DNA of 64,000 nt, from the NCBI GenBank assembly GCA_043228905.1, contig JBHGNT010000008.1, forward strand, positions 15,128,001 to 15,192,000, read 5' to 3'. Source of the DNA: Azolla caroliniana (Eukaryota > Plantae > Polypodiophyta). The notes under the pieces were generated by a model. That model made no database searches, was not told the origin of the DNA, and saw only the letters and a list, made by a program, of their open reading frames with translations. The stretch's first letter is position 1. Every line of letters starts with the position of its first letter. This document shows, piece by piece, positions 37,379 to 50,510 of the stretch. Position numbers and translations under genes: made by a program.

Positions 37379-40300
37379 ATGGCGGCAACGGTCGATCGGA
37401 TAGTAAGTGCTCGCGAGGGCACGAGCGCCCTTGACAGGGCCATTGAAGCAATTGTCGGCATGATAGGCTGATTCGGTGGGAAGGACGCCAGGAGCTATTT
37501 AGTGGCCTACCGAGCTGAGATGGTGATGAGAGACATTCCGGAGGATAGGCGTCTGGCCGGGTTCCCTCGGGTAGCGACACGGGGCATCCACGCAGAGATG
37601 CTCGAGGTACAGGCTGGATGCGGACCTGGGGAGAATTTGAAGCACGCCTCCTCTAAAGGTACGAGCTTGATGACACGCTTCGGTTATCGAAGCGGGACTT
37701 CATGGAGTGGGTGGAAACCTCTGGAAAGGGGAGGAATGCATTGGCGCTCCTTTGGGAGTTCGAAGAACACTTCACACGACTCTCAACACTAGACAGGACC
37801 GTGTTGGAAACGGGTCATGTCTTGTTGTTCTTCAAATCGGTGGACGTGTGGGATAGGGGCCAGGTGGGTCTCCTACTTGAGACAGATGATGGGCTGACGA
37901 CCGACTGGGCCATGGTCAAAGGGGTCTGCACCCGCTTTGACAAACGGCGAGAGTGGGGCGACGAGAAGTCGTCGGCGACAAGACCCACCCCGGCAAGGAA
38001 GTTCGACGAGCCTTCGTCGGCACAAAGGGAGGAAACCCGAGATTGGCTTGAAATTGGCCTAGTGTCGACTGGAGCGGTCAAGGGCCCATTCGGGGGAGCA
38101 GCTCTTGACGAGCAGACACAAATGGTGCACGACTTGCAGATCACGCTGGCCCGGAGAGATAGTGGACAACAGCCACACGACGAAAGGCCACCAACTAGAC
38201 AACGGTGTATGTGGTGTGACGCGGTCAGGCACAGCCGACGAGACTGCGTGGTGTTTGCCGAAGCCCTCATGGGTAATGTGGTGTACCTATGGAACGGACG
38301 GGTGCACGTTAGTGATACTCGGAGAGAGGTGGAGACAAATTTTGGGCGTGGCGGGATGAAGCGGCTAATGGAAGAAGCAGAGGCGCGCCATGTGGAGGTC
38401 ATCCATTATTCAACATCGGCCCGGATCCGGGTAGGAGGTGACGAAGATTGGAAAACGAAGGACTCTAGCTTCTGGCCCTCATTGCTAGAAGGCGTCTCCC
38501 TTGCACGACTAGGAAGCGATTCGCGCAGAGTGGTGGGTCTGAGAGGTCACTAGATGGGACGATCTGGTTGAGAAGAAGACCAGTCTCGTGGAAGCTGCGT
38601 GCCAGAACTATGACGTTCTGGCAGAAGACAAGCACACGGGAAAGGCCGAAGGTGCCGAGCCCTCACAGCGGTAGGAGAAGCAAAACGATGGCAGTAACCT
38701 CGGCGCACCGGACAAAACGAAGCGGGCTGGTTACCGGCTAAGCATCGAGATTGAAAGGATGACGGACCTGCGGAAGGTTCTAGAAAAACGGATCCTCGAC
38801 AGCAAGGTCGAGCTATCTATGCGGGAAGTGCTTGGGATCGCGAAGAAGAAATTCCAGGATTCCATCATAGATCTAGTAAAGCGCAAGTAGCTCTCTACAG
38901 AATCGGAACCGGAGAAGCCGGTGGAGGTGCGGACGACGCACCTGGAGCATGCGGCCCTAGAAGACGAGTTGGCGGATAGCCATTACTCGAAATTACACTA
39001 GGCCAGGGCCACCATGGAAACCCCTATCCAGATCGAGGACCTGTAGGAGCCGGTGATTGCGTTGATAGACCATGGTTCGGAGATAAACCTGATGTCCATG
39101 GACTTCTATAGGAAAGGGAAGTGGCCAATCAACACCAAGCACAGTTGGAAGATACGCGAAACACGCGTTATAGAGGAGTTGCACGGGGCGTGCCCGAATG
39201 TACGCAGGAAGATTGGGGATGTCGAGGTAGATCAACATTTCTTCGTGCATGAGACGTCCTCGCACCCGGTGATACTCAGTGGACCGTACATTACGGTGGC
39301 ACGCATGGAAACAAAGGTGCTTGATAATGGGTTGGCGTACGCGCGCGTAACAAGCCAAGATGGACGACACTCCATCCAATTCCTGACAATAAGGCCAAAC
39401 CATGATAGGAACCGCGAGACCGTTGACGGCGATAGCCGAGGGGATTTTTAGAGAGGGCTATCAAGGTGTGGAGGGCACACTGGAGGAACCCCACACATGT
39501 ACCATAGGTAGGAAGTTTTGGTTCTCCGAGAACGGAGGTTGTACTTTAGCCAACGTCAATGATCGGGAAAGGAAGCGGGCAGAGGAACGGTTCAGGGTAT
39601 GCGGAGTCCTCACCCCCAATGGGGGAATTACCCAGAGCTCACATCCCAAAACTGATGGAGCTACTGAAGCAGAAGGTGGAGATGGGCATCCTCGAGCCGT
39701 CGAGTGCCCCATATTCGAACCAGTGGTTTACGGTGCTAAAGAGGAACTGCACGATGTGCTTCATTCAGTGACCATTCGAAATGTAGGTATTGGTCCGACC
39801 GTTAATGAGTTTGCAGAGGCCTTCGCCGGAAGGTCGATCTATTCAGTCCAGGATCTATACTCCGGGTACGACCAGTTCCAACTAGCCGTGGGAAGCAGGG
39901 ATATTATGACGATGCAAACCACTCTTGGCCTAGTACAAATGTGTACCTTGCCGCAAGGAGGGAGCAACTCGGTGGCGCAAATGGTGAACGCTATGAACAA
40001 AGTACTGAGGGACTGCATCCCGGACATCACAATGCCATTCCTATATGACATCCCAATAAAGGGTTGTCCGGTGGAAGAGAGGGACGAGACGGTTGGGGCG
40101 GATGGATGTCGGAGGTTCGTGGCAGACCACGTCCACAACTGCGAGAAGGTGTTACAAAGGCTTGAGAGGGCGAGGCTCACCTTCTCCAGAGAGAAGTCAG
40201 TGTTCGGGCAGTCGGAGATCCTAGTTGTCATGAACAATACTGAGATAGAGAAGGAATTAGTACTAAACGAAGGATTAGTACTATGAGAGGTGTGGAACTT

Positions 40301-42813
40301 CTTCGAGAGAAGGAAGAAGTGAGCGAGACAGAGAGAAAGAGAGAGATTGAGAGAGAGAGAGAGAGAGTGATGATAAGAAAGATATGTATTATATGAAGAG
40401 AATATACAATGGTGGCTAAAAGGCTTACGACTGGCGTTGAACCAATTTGGTTCAACATAATGCCTAGTGCCCTCTTTTATAGTGTTTTCAGGAGTAATCC
40501 TGAAGCTTCTAGAATGTTCCAGAGAAATCTGGAATATACACTAATTTCCTATAATAAAATGTAAATGAAAATAATATCCTACGTATTACAATAGATGATC
40601 TAATGGTCAAGAGCTCGACCCATATAACCTAAGGTCATGGGTTCGAGTCTTGCCATATCATGACACTAGTAGTTGGGCACATGTGCGGGCCCTATGGCCG
40701 GATACCGTCTCCAGCAAAGGTAGAAGCAATCTCTGTCATGTAGGAAGAATACAAGTCAGTAACGGAGGTGCGGAGGTTCCTGTGAGCATGTGCGTTTTAC
40801 CACATCTGGATTCTGCATTACGCGCACATAGCAGAGCCACTTTACGGCTTGTTAAAAAAGGGGCGTAAGTTCGAGTGGGGGACAGAGCATGTAGAATCGG
40901 TGCGGAGATTGAAGGACGCACTTGTTGTGGCGCCAACGCTCCGGAAAGCGGTTTACGGCAAGAACGTTCCAATCTATGTAACCGTGGACACAAGCCTGAC
41001 CAGGATAGGATGGGTGATCAGTCAGGAAGATGAGGACGGTACGAGGTTCCCTATCCGGTTTGGGGCAAAGGTACTTAGCGAGTGGCAACGAGGATACTCC
41101 TAGGTTAAGTGCGAACTCTGGGGTATCGTTTCGGCAATCAAGGCCGACAAAGACTATCTAATTGGGACGGAAGTGATAATTGAGACGGATTGCCTGCAGA
41201 TCCTCGGTATGGTTTTCGAATGTGCGACTTCAAACTTGGCGATGCACAGGTGGATCGCGTACATAAAATCTCTAAACCCGGAGATACGACACATATCCGA
41301 AAAGGACAATGCTATGGCTGATATGCTTTCAAGAGTGAGGTTTGACGATGTAGACGACATGGTTTCAGACGACGAAGAGGTCGACGTGGACTTCTTCGAG
41401 TCAGCGCATGTGACAACAAGGGCAAGGAGAACTCTGGCGCTAAGTGAGTTCAACGAGAGAGAGTATGATGGGGAGTGGTTTCAGATTGGAAGATTCCTCA
41501 AGACGATGACGGTGGATACCGCATGGATGAGAGATGAAGCTAACCGAATCCGGAGGAAAGCTTACCGATTCTTCCTGCGGAACGGGCACATTTGGAGGCA
41601 CCCGAAGAAACGAGGTAACGTCCCACTACGTGTAGTAGCAAGGAAAGAGGAGCAGGAGGCGCTGTTTGCGACCTACCACAAGAGTCCCTGGGCTAGGCAC
41701 CGCGGCACTTGGGCCACCTTCAAGAAGTTGAAGGAGAAGTATTGGTGGTCGGGGCTGTACCAGGATGTGCACCAATTCGTGACAACGTGCAAAAGCTGCC
41801 AGATGCATTCCATAGTCCGACATCGGGATGAGCTGCACCCGACTTGCCCGCCGACCGTCCACTTCATGTGGATGGTGGATCTGGTGACGATGCCAATGGG
41901 AGTAGGACAGATGCGGTACCTGTTGCTGGCGCGGAAGGATTTGACGAACCAGGTGGAGGGTGGCGCATTACAAAACAAGACGACTGCGGCAGTCTGCCGA
42001 TTCCTGATTGAAGAAGTAGTATGCTGGTACGGGTGTGTAGGGAAGATCGTGGTGGACCGAGGGGCGTTGGACGCGCAGAAAGGTGAGGAGTTGTTCGATC
42101 GGTTGGGAGTGAAGCTCTCTCTCACTACGGCGTACAATCCGGAGGTGAACGGGAAGGTAGAGTGTGGGCACAAGCCAATCGTGAAGGCACTAGTACGAGC
42201 ATGTGAAGGACGGGTCGGGAATTGGCTGCGTCTCCTCCCTTATGCGTTGTGGGCGGACCGGACTATGCACAATTCGGTAACCGGGTTCATGCCAGCACAA
42301 CTGATGTACAGGCAAAAGACGATCATGCTCGTAGAACAAATGATCTCCTCATGGGCGGCGATAGATTGGAGAGGCAAGATGAGCTGGGAAGATCTATTAG
42401 CGGCACGGATTCGGCAGCTCGAGCGAAGACCGGAGGACGTGGAATGGGCAAAGGTGAAGCTACGTACGGCAAGGCAAAGGAACAAAGACAGGTTTGACCG
42501 AACACATCAACTGTGGCCAAAGAAGATCGAAGAAGGCGACTGGGTGCTGGTCTATAACAACAGCCTCAACAATCAACAGAAGGCAATGCGTAAGTTTGCG
42601 AAGAGATGGTTCAGACCCTACACTAGGACGAGCACGAACGACAACAACACGTATCATTTTTTGGAGCTAGACGGAGCGCGGATAACGATACCAGTGGCCA
42701 GTAACTGGATAAAGGTGTTCAAGAAACGGCATGCTGACGAACCGGACCCGGCTAGCTCGAATGATGGTAACGACTGGACCAGTGTGGACGGTGACTCGGA
42801 CGATGAAGAATGA
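37379..42813 (+). pseudogene. Degenerate gag-pol (CCHC-like knuckle, protease IDHGS, RT DLYSGYDQ/LPQG, RNase H, integrase)
   Basis: Fragmented ORFs at 37502, 37702, 39053, 39402, 40849 and 41173; many stops and frameshifts; solo LTR inserted in RT. Confidence 0.9.
40226..40665 (-). mobile_element. Solo LTR of the Tcn1-like chromovirus
   Basis: Reverse-complement homolog of 58642-59098; 5-bp TSD CTAGT on both sides. Confidence 0.95.
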
Positions 42814-43527
42814 TCACGGGCCGGTGTTCTCTGGCAGATGGACAGTTTGGCAGGTACTAGTGGACGTGCGGTTTGGTGGGGGTGGATGTCGTGAAGAAAA
42901 CCGGCCCTAAGAAGAATCAAAGGATTAAAGGCGTGAACCCGCCTTTGCACAAGTGTGCGCGAATTGATAGATTGTACATAACTAGGAATAGGACGGCTGA
43001 TGTAAACATACTAGGTATTAGATATTTATTAGGAAATCGATGCGTATCTCTGTTCGAAGGGACAGAGAATAAAGTTGACGTGTTTTGATGTAACGGCCTC
43101 CTCGGAGACTTATAAAAGGGAGCGGAGAAGAAGAAGAAGGTATCACGTTTTTTTAAGGGGAAGAAGGAGGTGTTGTCGGACTGGGAACCAAGCTCTCTCT
43201 TCCTTAATCATCATTCTCTGCAGGGTTGCCATTTTTGTAATTGTCATTGTTATTGTAATTGAATCTCTTGTTTCCGTCTATCTGTGTTATATGTGTCATT
43301 TTTGTTATCCATGTTTGTAGGAGTGTCTTCTTTCACTTCTCTCGAGTGTGCTCCTTGATTAAGTTGGTATACGCGTTGGTGGTTCAATCAGCGGGCAAGT
43401 GCCACCGGCTGCTGACAGGTCTAATAGGCCTTACACTTGCGTGCTTCTCGCTTCCTCTTGTCTGTCTTGCTCTTCCGTTCAGGGCCCCTGTGGTCTCGCC
43501 TTAATTCACACGCGAAAGCGAAACAAC

Positions 43528-46500
43528 AGAAAACGATTATGTGCATAAGCAATAGAAAACCGAACACAAAAAATACGAAGGTTTAATAAAGAGCTTGAAT
43601 ATACACAGTACGCGGGAGAAACAGATAGAGGGAGCACATAGAAAACTCAATTCAAAATAATACTCAAACTGTACATACACCGTGCTCGGTGAACACCTTT
43701 TATACAAGCCCTAACAATAGGGCTGACACAAGTACTAACAGTACTTGACCACTCATAAATGAGCCTACTACACTAACTCCCAAAATGATTCCTTACAAGG
43801 AATATCTTCCGAACGGCCTCGTGGTTTTCACACTGATACGGCCATGTTATGCGTACCGATTTACGCACCCAGTCTACGCACTGGGTTACGCATCATATTA
43901 CGCACGAATGTTGAGCTTGTCTCTCAACACTCCCCCTCAAGCTCAACATGAGGTTCCACCTGCTCCGCCGGATCTACGCTCCGGTTCCTTCTGGCTTCAC
44001 GCCTCGCTCGCGCTCCTCGACCCTTTCGATTCCGCGCGCCTCGACCCTTCCGGTCGGATACCTCCACCTGCAGATCCTTAAGTAGCCGCTTCAACCATAT
44101 GGTTTCGCATGTCACGACAACCACTCCTCTATACTCGGCTTTGGTGCTCGACAATGTAACTATCGGCTGCTTCTTGCTACTCCACGCGATCGCGGCACTC
44201 CCAAGAGAGAACGCGAAACCGGACGTGGATCGGCAATCGCCGACGTTTCCGGCCCAATCAGCATTGGTGTAACCAACCAACTGTGCGACAGTATCGGTCC
44301 GATATAGTAGCCCCCGGTCCTTAGTGCCACTGACCTACCGGAGTAAGCGTTGCGCGCACTAAAGCTGCTCCTCGGTCGGTCGCGCCATCAACTCACTAAT
44401 CACCCCGACCGGGTAGCTGAGATCTGGTCGGGTGATGGTCAAGTATATAAGGCTTCCGACTATCTGTCGGAACCTCGTCGGGTCGCATATTTTTCTAGAA
44501 TCGGGGCGAAGCTTGACGGTTCTATCCAGAGGAGTCGAAACGGTCTTACAGTCGGCCATCCCGAATTTGAAGAGCATAGTCAGCACGTAATGTCGTTGGC
44601 TGATCAGTATGCCTTCGGGGGTGCGGATCACTTCGATCTCAAGAAATCAATGAAGGTCCCCCAGATCCTTCATGTCGAATGATGCCGCAAGCTGGAGCTT
44701 CACGTGGTCAATCTCACCTAGGTCGGGGCCGGTGATGACCGAGTTATCAACATAAAGTAAAATGTTAACCCCCCCGAGTCGACCTTTCCGGATTAACAGT
44801 GAGGAGTCTGATTTTGACGTCGCAAAGCCCAATTGACGCAATCGTTGCTTGATCTTCCCGTTCCAGGCACGTGGGGCTTGCTTTAGTCCGTAAAGGGACT
44901 TCTTCAATCGGCACACCGGCGAAGTTCGTTCCGAAGTGAAATCTGGGGGGTTGTACCATGTACACTTGTTCCTCAAGCTCACCTTGCAAGAACGCATTCT
45001 ATACATCCATCTTATGTAAGTCCCACCCCTTTACCGCAGCTACTGCGAGCAAAACACGGATGATCGTCATCTTCGCGACTGGCGGAAACGTCTCATCGTA
45101 GTCGATGCCGTGTTTTTGTGCGTAGCCTTTCGCTACTAACTGGGCCTTGTATCGTTTGACCGAGCCGTCAATGTTGTACTTGACCTTGTACACCCACCTA
45201 CATCCGATCGGCTTCACACCTTTCGGTGCGTCAACTAGGTCCCAGGTTTCATTCTCTGCTAATGCGCGCATCTCTTCCTCCATTGCGGCGCGCCAATTTG
45301 CGTCCTTCGTTGCTTCTGCGTAGCTCTCCGGCTCACGCACTTCCGCTACACGGGTCATCTACACATAGTGATGCACCATGTACTCATTGTATCCGAACCG
45401 CACAACAAGGTTCTTCTCGCGGGTAGATCGACGCAATTGCTCATTAGCCAATGTTGAGGCTATCTTAGCCGACGCAGACTTCGCTCTCGAAGACCCGTCA
45501 TCACTTGCCTCGGAGTCGGACTCGCGTTGATTCGACTCGTTCTTATCGGAGTCGTAATCTGACACTTTCTTCTTCCCTTTTTCCTTGCGCGTAAACCGTC
45601 TCCTCGGCTTCTTGCGCAGAGAATGCACGGCAGAGTCTCCACTACTCGCCGGCCCTTCATCAGAATAGTTGAACCGACTCAGTCGTCCATCAGGTCCGCT
45701 TAACCGAAACAAAATCAGACTCTCTTTGCGGGTCCCGATTTCAGGCTCATCCGGAGGCATCTCGGCCTCTCTGACCTCATCATCAGAACTTGGATTAGAG
45801 GTGAAGTCCGGAGTCAGAGGCAAGTACCAAGATGTGGACTCGTCAAACACAACGTCGCGGCTTACACGCGCTTGTTTGGTGCGAGGGTTATAACACTTAT
45901 AACCCTTCTGCTCTTCTAAATAGCCGACCAAGATACACTTCTCAGCTTTTGCGTCCAACTTCCTCCGTTTCTCGTTCGGTACATGCACATATGCAATGCT
46001 ACCGAAAACTCTCAAGTGTCGCAGATTCAGCTTCCTTCCGAAATACAGCTCATGCACCAACACTTTTTTTCTGATCCGATTCTGAATGTACACCGCGGTT
46101 CGTAGCACCTTGGCCCAATAGAACTTAGGCAAGCTCATCTCCTCCAACATTGCCCATGCTGCTTCTACAATTGACCGGTTCTTCCTCTCGGCCATGCCAT
46201 TTTTCTTCGGCATGTATCTACAATTGAATTCGCGCCGAATTCCCATCTGTTGCAAATAGCCGTTGAATTGACTGGAAAAGTACTCTTTTCCGCCATCCTA
46301 CTACAAGCACATGATCTTTTGTCTTGTTTCCGTTTCCACGAACCCTTTGAGGTCCCGGAAACAGTCCAAGACGTCACTCTTCTTCTCGATGAGGTAGATC
46401 CACGTGTGCTGCGTATAGTGGTCGATAAAGGAGACAAAATATCGACTCCCGCCAAGACTAACATTCTGTGCCGATCCCCATACTTCGGAATGTATCAAGT

Positions 46501-48574
46501 CGAGCTTGTTCCGGCTCTGGCTACGCTCGTTAGGGAAAGGAGGAAAGGAAGTCGGTGTTGCTTCCCTAGCTGACAGGCTTCACAAATTCGTGCCTTTCGG
46601 CCACTAAATTTGGGCAATCCGAACACCACCTGTTTCGATTGCAGGTCTTGAAGCCGTTGATAGTTGATGTGGCCTATCCGCTTGTGCCATAAGTCGATAT
46701 CCGACTCGACTTTTTTTCCTTTCACGAACAATGCGGTGCCACCGCCACTAGAGTCGAGGATAAACATCCTCCTGTCTCTGCGCCCTTGCGAAATAACTTG
46801 GCCTTCTTCCTCGATGAAGCACCCAAGATGCGTGAACCGGCCTTGCATCCCCTGGTAGACAACCTGCCCGACCAACATCAGATTCTTCATGATTTTCGGG
46901 ATGTGTAACACGTTCATAAGTTTCCCTTTCTGCCCGACATGGCTCAAGGCAACTTCACTGACATTCGCGATCGGATGCGGAGTGTCGTCTCCGGTTGCGA
47001 CTACTCCCTGTTGCATTGGTTTTTCCAGGTACGAGAACCACTCCTTGTGGCACGTCATGTGGTTTGACGCGCCGCAGTCAACGTACCACACATCGACCGA
47101 CTTCGGGGTGATCTTCTTTATCGAGTTTGCTTCGTGTCTCGTCCCGAAGACTGACCCTTTTCCGGCTTTTCCGGATCCTTCAGTGTACTAAGTGCGATCG
47201 CCGCCGATTTCCTTTGTCGGTCTGTCCGGATTTGGTCCTCTCCAAATCGGCGCGCGTCCTCCAACACTCACTCTCCTTGTGGCCTTTTTTGCCACAATAC
47301 TAGCATTCTGTGACAGATTTCCCTTGCCGGTTCTCGTCGCCTCAACTCCCCCTGTTTCCGGAGGGTCCGGAATTGCTGTCAGCATCACTTCGGTGCCTTC
47401 TTCCTCGATCTCGTTGGCTGCCCATTGCGCACTGACTCGCACCATACGCCACGACCATGGGGCCTATCTCCCTCCGTGTACATCATCTTATTGTCAGCAT
47501 GCGTGCTTGTCGACGCACCCACATGGTTCTCCTCTACAAGGAGCATCGATTGTAAGTCGAAAAACGACGGCGTATTCTCTCGTGTACACACAACAGTTCA
47601 GAACGCTCCAAACTTCGAGGGCAGTCCCCCGAGACAGATTTGCACCATCTCGCCTTCCTCGACGTTCACATTGATAGAGGCTAAGGAGTCACATATCTCT
47701 TTTATCTTCGAGGTGTAATCAGCCATCGAGAAGTCGCGTTGTCGTAAATTGCTCGGCTCCTGTCAGAGTTGAAGCTTCCTGGCTATGGTGCTTGTGGCGA
47801 ATATCTTCTTCAGATTTCCCCTAGCATCATTTGGCATTTTCGCATCCTGAATATAGCTCAGGAGCTGTTCGCCCACACAAGACGCGAAGCAGTACAGTAC
47901 TCTGCTCGCCGACTGTTCCCACGCCGGGAAATCTCTGTGTGTTGATTCGGTTGCTGTGTCATTTGCTCCATCGACATAGCTCCAAAACCGTGTCTGAGCA
48001 GGTTTTGGTGCATCTTGTAGGACCAAGACACGTAGTTGTTTCTGTTGAGCTTCTTGGTAGGAAGCGAGCTAGCCATGCCTCTATCCATTTTGTTTTTCTT
48101 GTTCTTCTTGGTTAGTTTTCTTTTCAAGCTATGTCGGTTGCAGAGGTTCTCAACCCTCGCGCTCTGATACCATGAAAAAGATTATGTGCGGAAGCAATAG
48201 AAAACCAAACATAGAAAATACACAGGTTTAATGGAGAGCTTGAATATACACATTACGCGGGAGAGACAAAGAGAGAGAGCACACAGAAAACTGAATTCAA
48301 AATAATACTCAAACTGTACATACACCGTGCTCAGTGAGCACCTTTTATACAAGCCCTGACAATAGGGCAGACACAAGTACTGACAGTACTTGACCACTCA
48401 TAGATGAGCCTACTACACTAACTCCCAAAATGATTCCTTACGAGGAATATCTTCCCAACGACCTCGCGGTTTTCACACCGATACGGCCATGTTATGCGTA
48501 CCGATTTACACACCCAGTCTACACATTGGGTTATGCATCGTATTACGCACAAATGTTGAGCTTGTCTCTCAACA
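43528..48574 (-). mobile_element. Full-length degenerate Ty1/copia element (same family as 1-1651)
   Basis: LTRs 48173-48574 and 43528-43929; Met-i PBS TGGTATCAGAGC (48161-48172); PPT; gag, WYVDCGAS protease, integrase, RT, truncated RNase H; TSD ACAAC (43523-43527, 48575-48579). Confidence 0.95.
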
Positions 48575-49140
48575 ACAACGCGACAACGTTATGTGCAACT
48601 GGTTGTTTCGGGTTCTCCACCTGTGACCCTTGATATTTTAGCTTAATTTTCTTAACAAGATGGTCCGAGAGGTTCTCAAAAGACCTATTTAAGAGAGGAA
48701 GTGGGAAAATATATGTCAGTCGGGTCCTAAGGTTTAGCTTGTAATCAAATTTATCGTATTAACTAGACAATTACTTATACTAGCTAGCGTTTTGTTTCAT
48801 TCCCTTCATTCAAAGGTTTTGCTTGAGGCGGAACTAATGGACGTCAATTGTATATTTAAATGTCTCTTCGATTATTCTCCAATAAAATTAGATTTGAGAA
48901 TTTTTCTAGGTCTAGCGAACGTAATTTATCTTAAATGTACAAAGATATGGTTATTTATGATATAACTAGTCTTAATTATTGGGTATTTACACGTATTTTA
49001 TGAGACTTGATGTCATATTCCCTAATTGTTTAATGGTCCTAATTGTTTCAAAATTCAACTAATTCTATTAAAATGTCTGTAGTTGCCATATAAAATCGTG
49101 TATGGATAAGGATATTGTTGGAAATGCTCTTATTTAGATA

Positions 49141-49426
49141 GGAACTCGATACACCGTAACGAGTTCGTGTTGAAAAGGTCTATTATAAACACAAACTCGA
49201 TGCGTTGTATCAAGTTTGTATCTATTCTTGTATCAAGTTTGTGTTTACAATAGACGCTTTAAACGCCAACTCGATATGCCGTATTCAGTTGGCGTTTAAA
49301 ATGTCTATTGTGAACACAAACTCGATACACCGTATCGAGGTCCAGTACATAGAAGGACTTAAAACAAAAACTCGATACGGCACATCGAGTTGGCGTTTAA
49401 AAGCTTAATACGCCGCATCGAGTTCC
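49141..49426. repeat. Array of about six AACTCGATAC-N3-GTATCGAGTT palindromes
   Basis: Copies near 49142, 49193, 49268, 49318, 49369 and 49408; homologous to 14002-14131. Confidence 0.85.
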
Positions 49427-50510
49427 TGTATGAATCAGGGCTTGTGAATGTTCCTTAATGGTTAGAAAGAATTGAAATTAGAAATGTCTGTACAATTAGT
49501 ATCTTACCTGGAGTTTGTGCGTTCAATCTTCTTCGACGACATGATCCAGAAAATGAGGAGGTCCTCCTATTTATAGGGCTTTAAAACCGTGGTTAAAGTA
49601 AGTACATCCAACTTAGTTCCCCTATGCTAGTTAGTTGTTAGTACCCTTTGGTTAGTACAAAGGTGGGTCCTGAGGTAAGTATTGCATGTGACTTATAGGT
49701 TACTTAAATTTTAGTCAATTAGGTACTCTATGGTATTTATAGTTATAGCTACAGGTAGTACGTATGCACTTAGCCATTATAGGTGGTAATAGTTGTGTCC
49801 CGCTTGTATTTATGGCATGGATTCATAGGTCACCAATGATTGCACATTATAGATTGTATTGTTTCTTCTATGTTGGATTATAAACACCAGTGAATTAAAT
49901 AAAGGAAAATTTTAATATACTTTCCTCTTTCCCACATGGGGATTAGGAATTCTATTCACACGTGAGGAATGGTACTTTTAAATGATTATGATCTTCATTA
50001 ATGAACCAATTATTGAGATGAAACCTACATATTTATGACTCTCTAATGATTATCAATATATAATATATGTATATGAAGATTATATTTTTTTAATATGATA
50101 CACATTTTGGCACTTTTAAATGATTGCGATCTTCATTAATGAACAAATGATTTAGATTACACTTACATATTTATGACTCCCTAATGATGTTGAATATAGA
50201 CTATATATATACAATAAAATATATGTTGATTATAGAATATATGAATAATATTGTATAAAATAAATTTTATGTATATATTAATATATTTTAAATATAGACT
50301 ATACGAGTAAGGCTAATTAAATGAATAAAATATATTTTATATAATAATAATATCTTTCTTTATTGGATTATTTGTTTATTTTATATAATAATAAATTTTA
50401 TGGACATTAGGTTGAGGGAGCTTATATATATAGACGCACTTATCATTTGTTTCAATCTCTTATAGTAGTTTAAGCACATAATTCTGAGAGTTGTGTTTGG
50501 ATCTTAAGCC

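Larger units (their letters stand above)
36719..48585 (+). mobile_element. Full-length degenerate Ty3/gypsy element; 5' LTR 36719-37364, 3' LTR 42887-43527 plus 48580-48585 (split by a copia)
   Basis: TGTCGTG...GCGACA LTRs; PBS TGGTGAACCC (37369-37378, tRNA-Trp-like); PPT GGTGGGGGTGGA; 4-bp flanks ACAT/ACGT. Confidence 0.93.

Noticed and set aside
49141-49426. CRISPR-like spaced palindromic repeats (also 14002-14131)
   Set aside because: Eukaryotic TE context, degenerate repeats, spacers related to one another, no cas genes.
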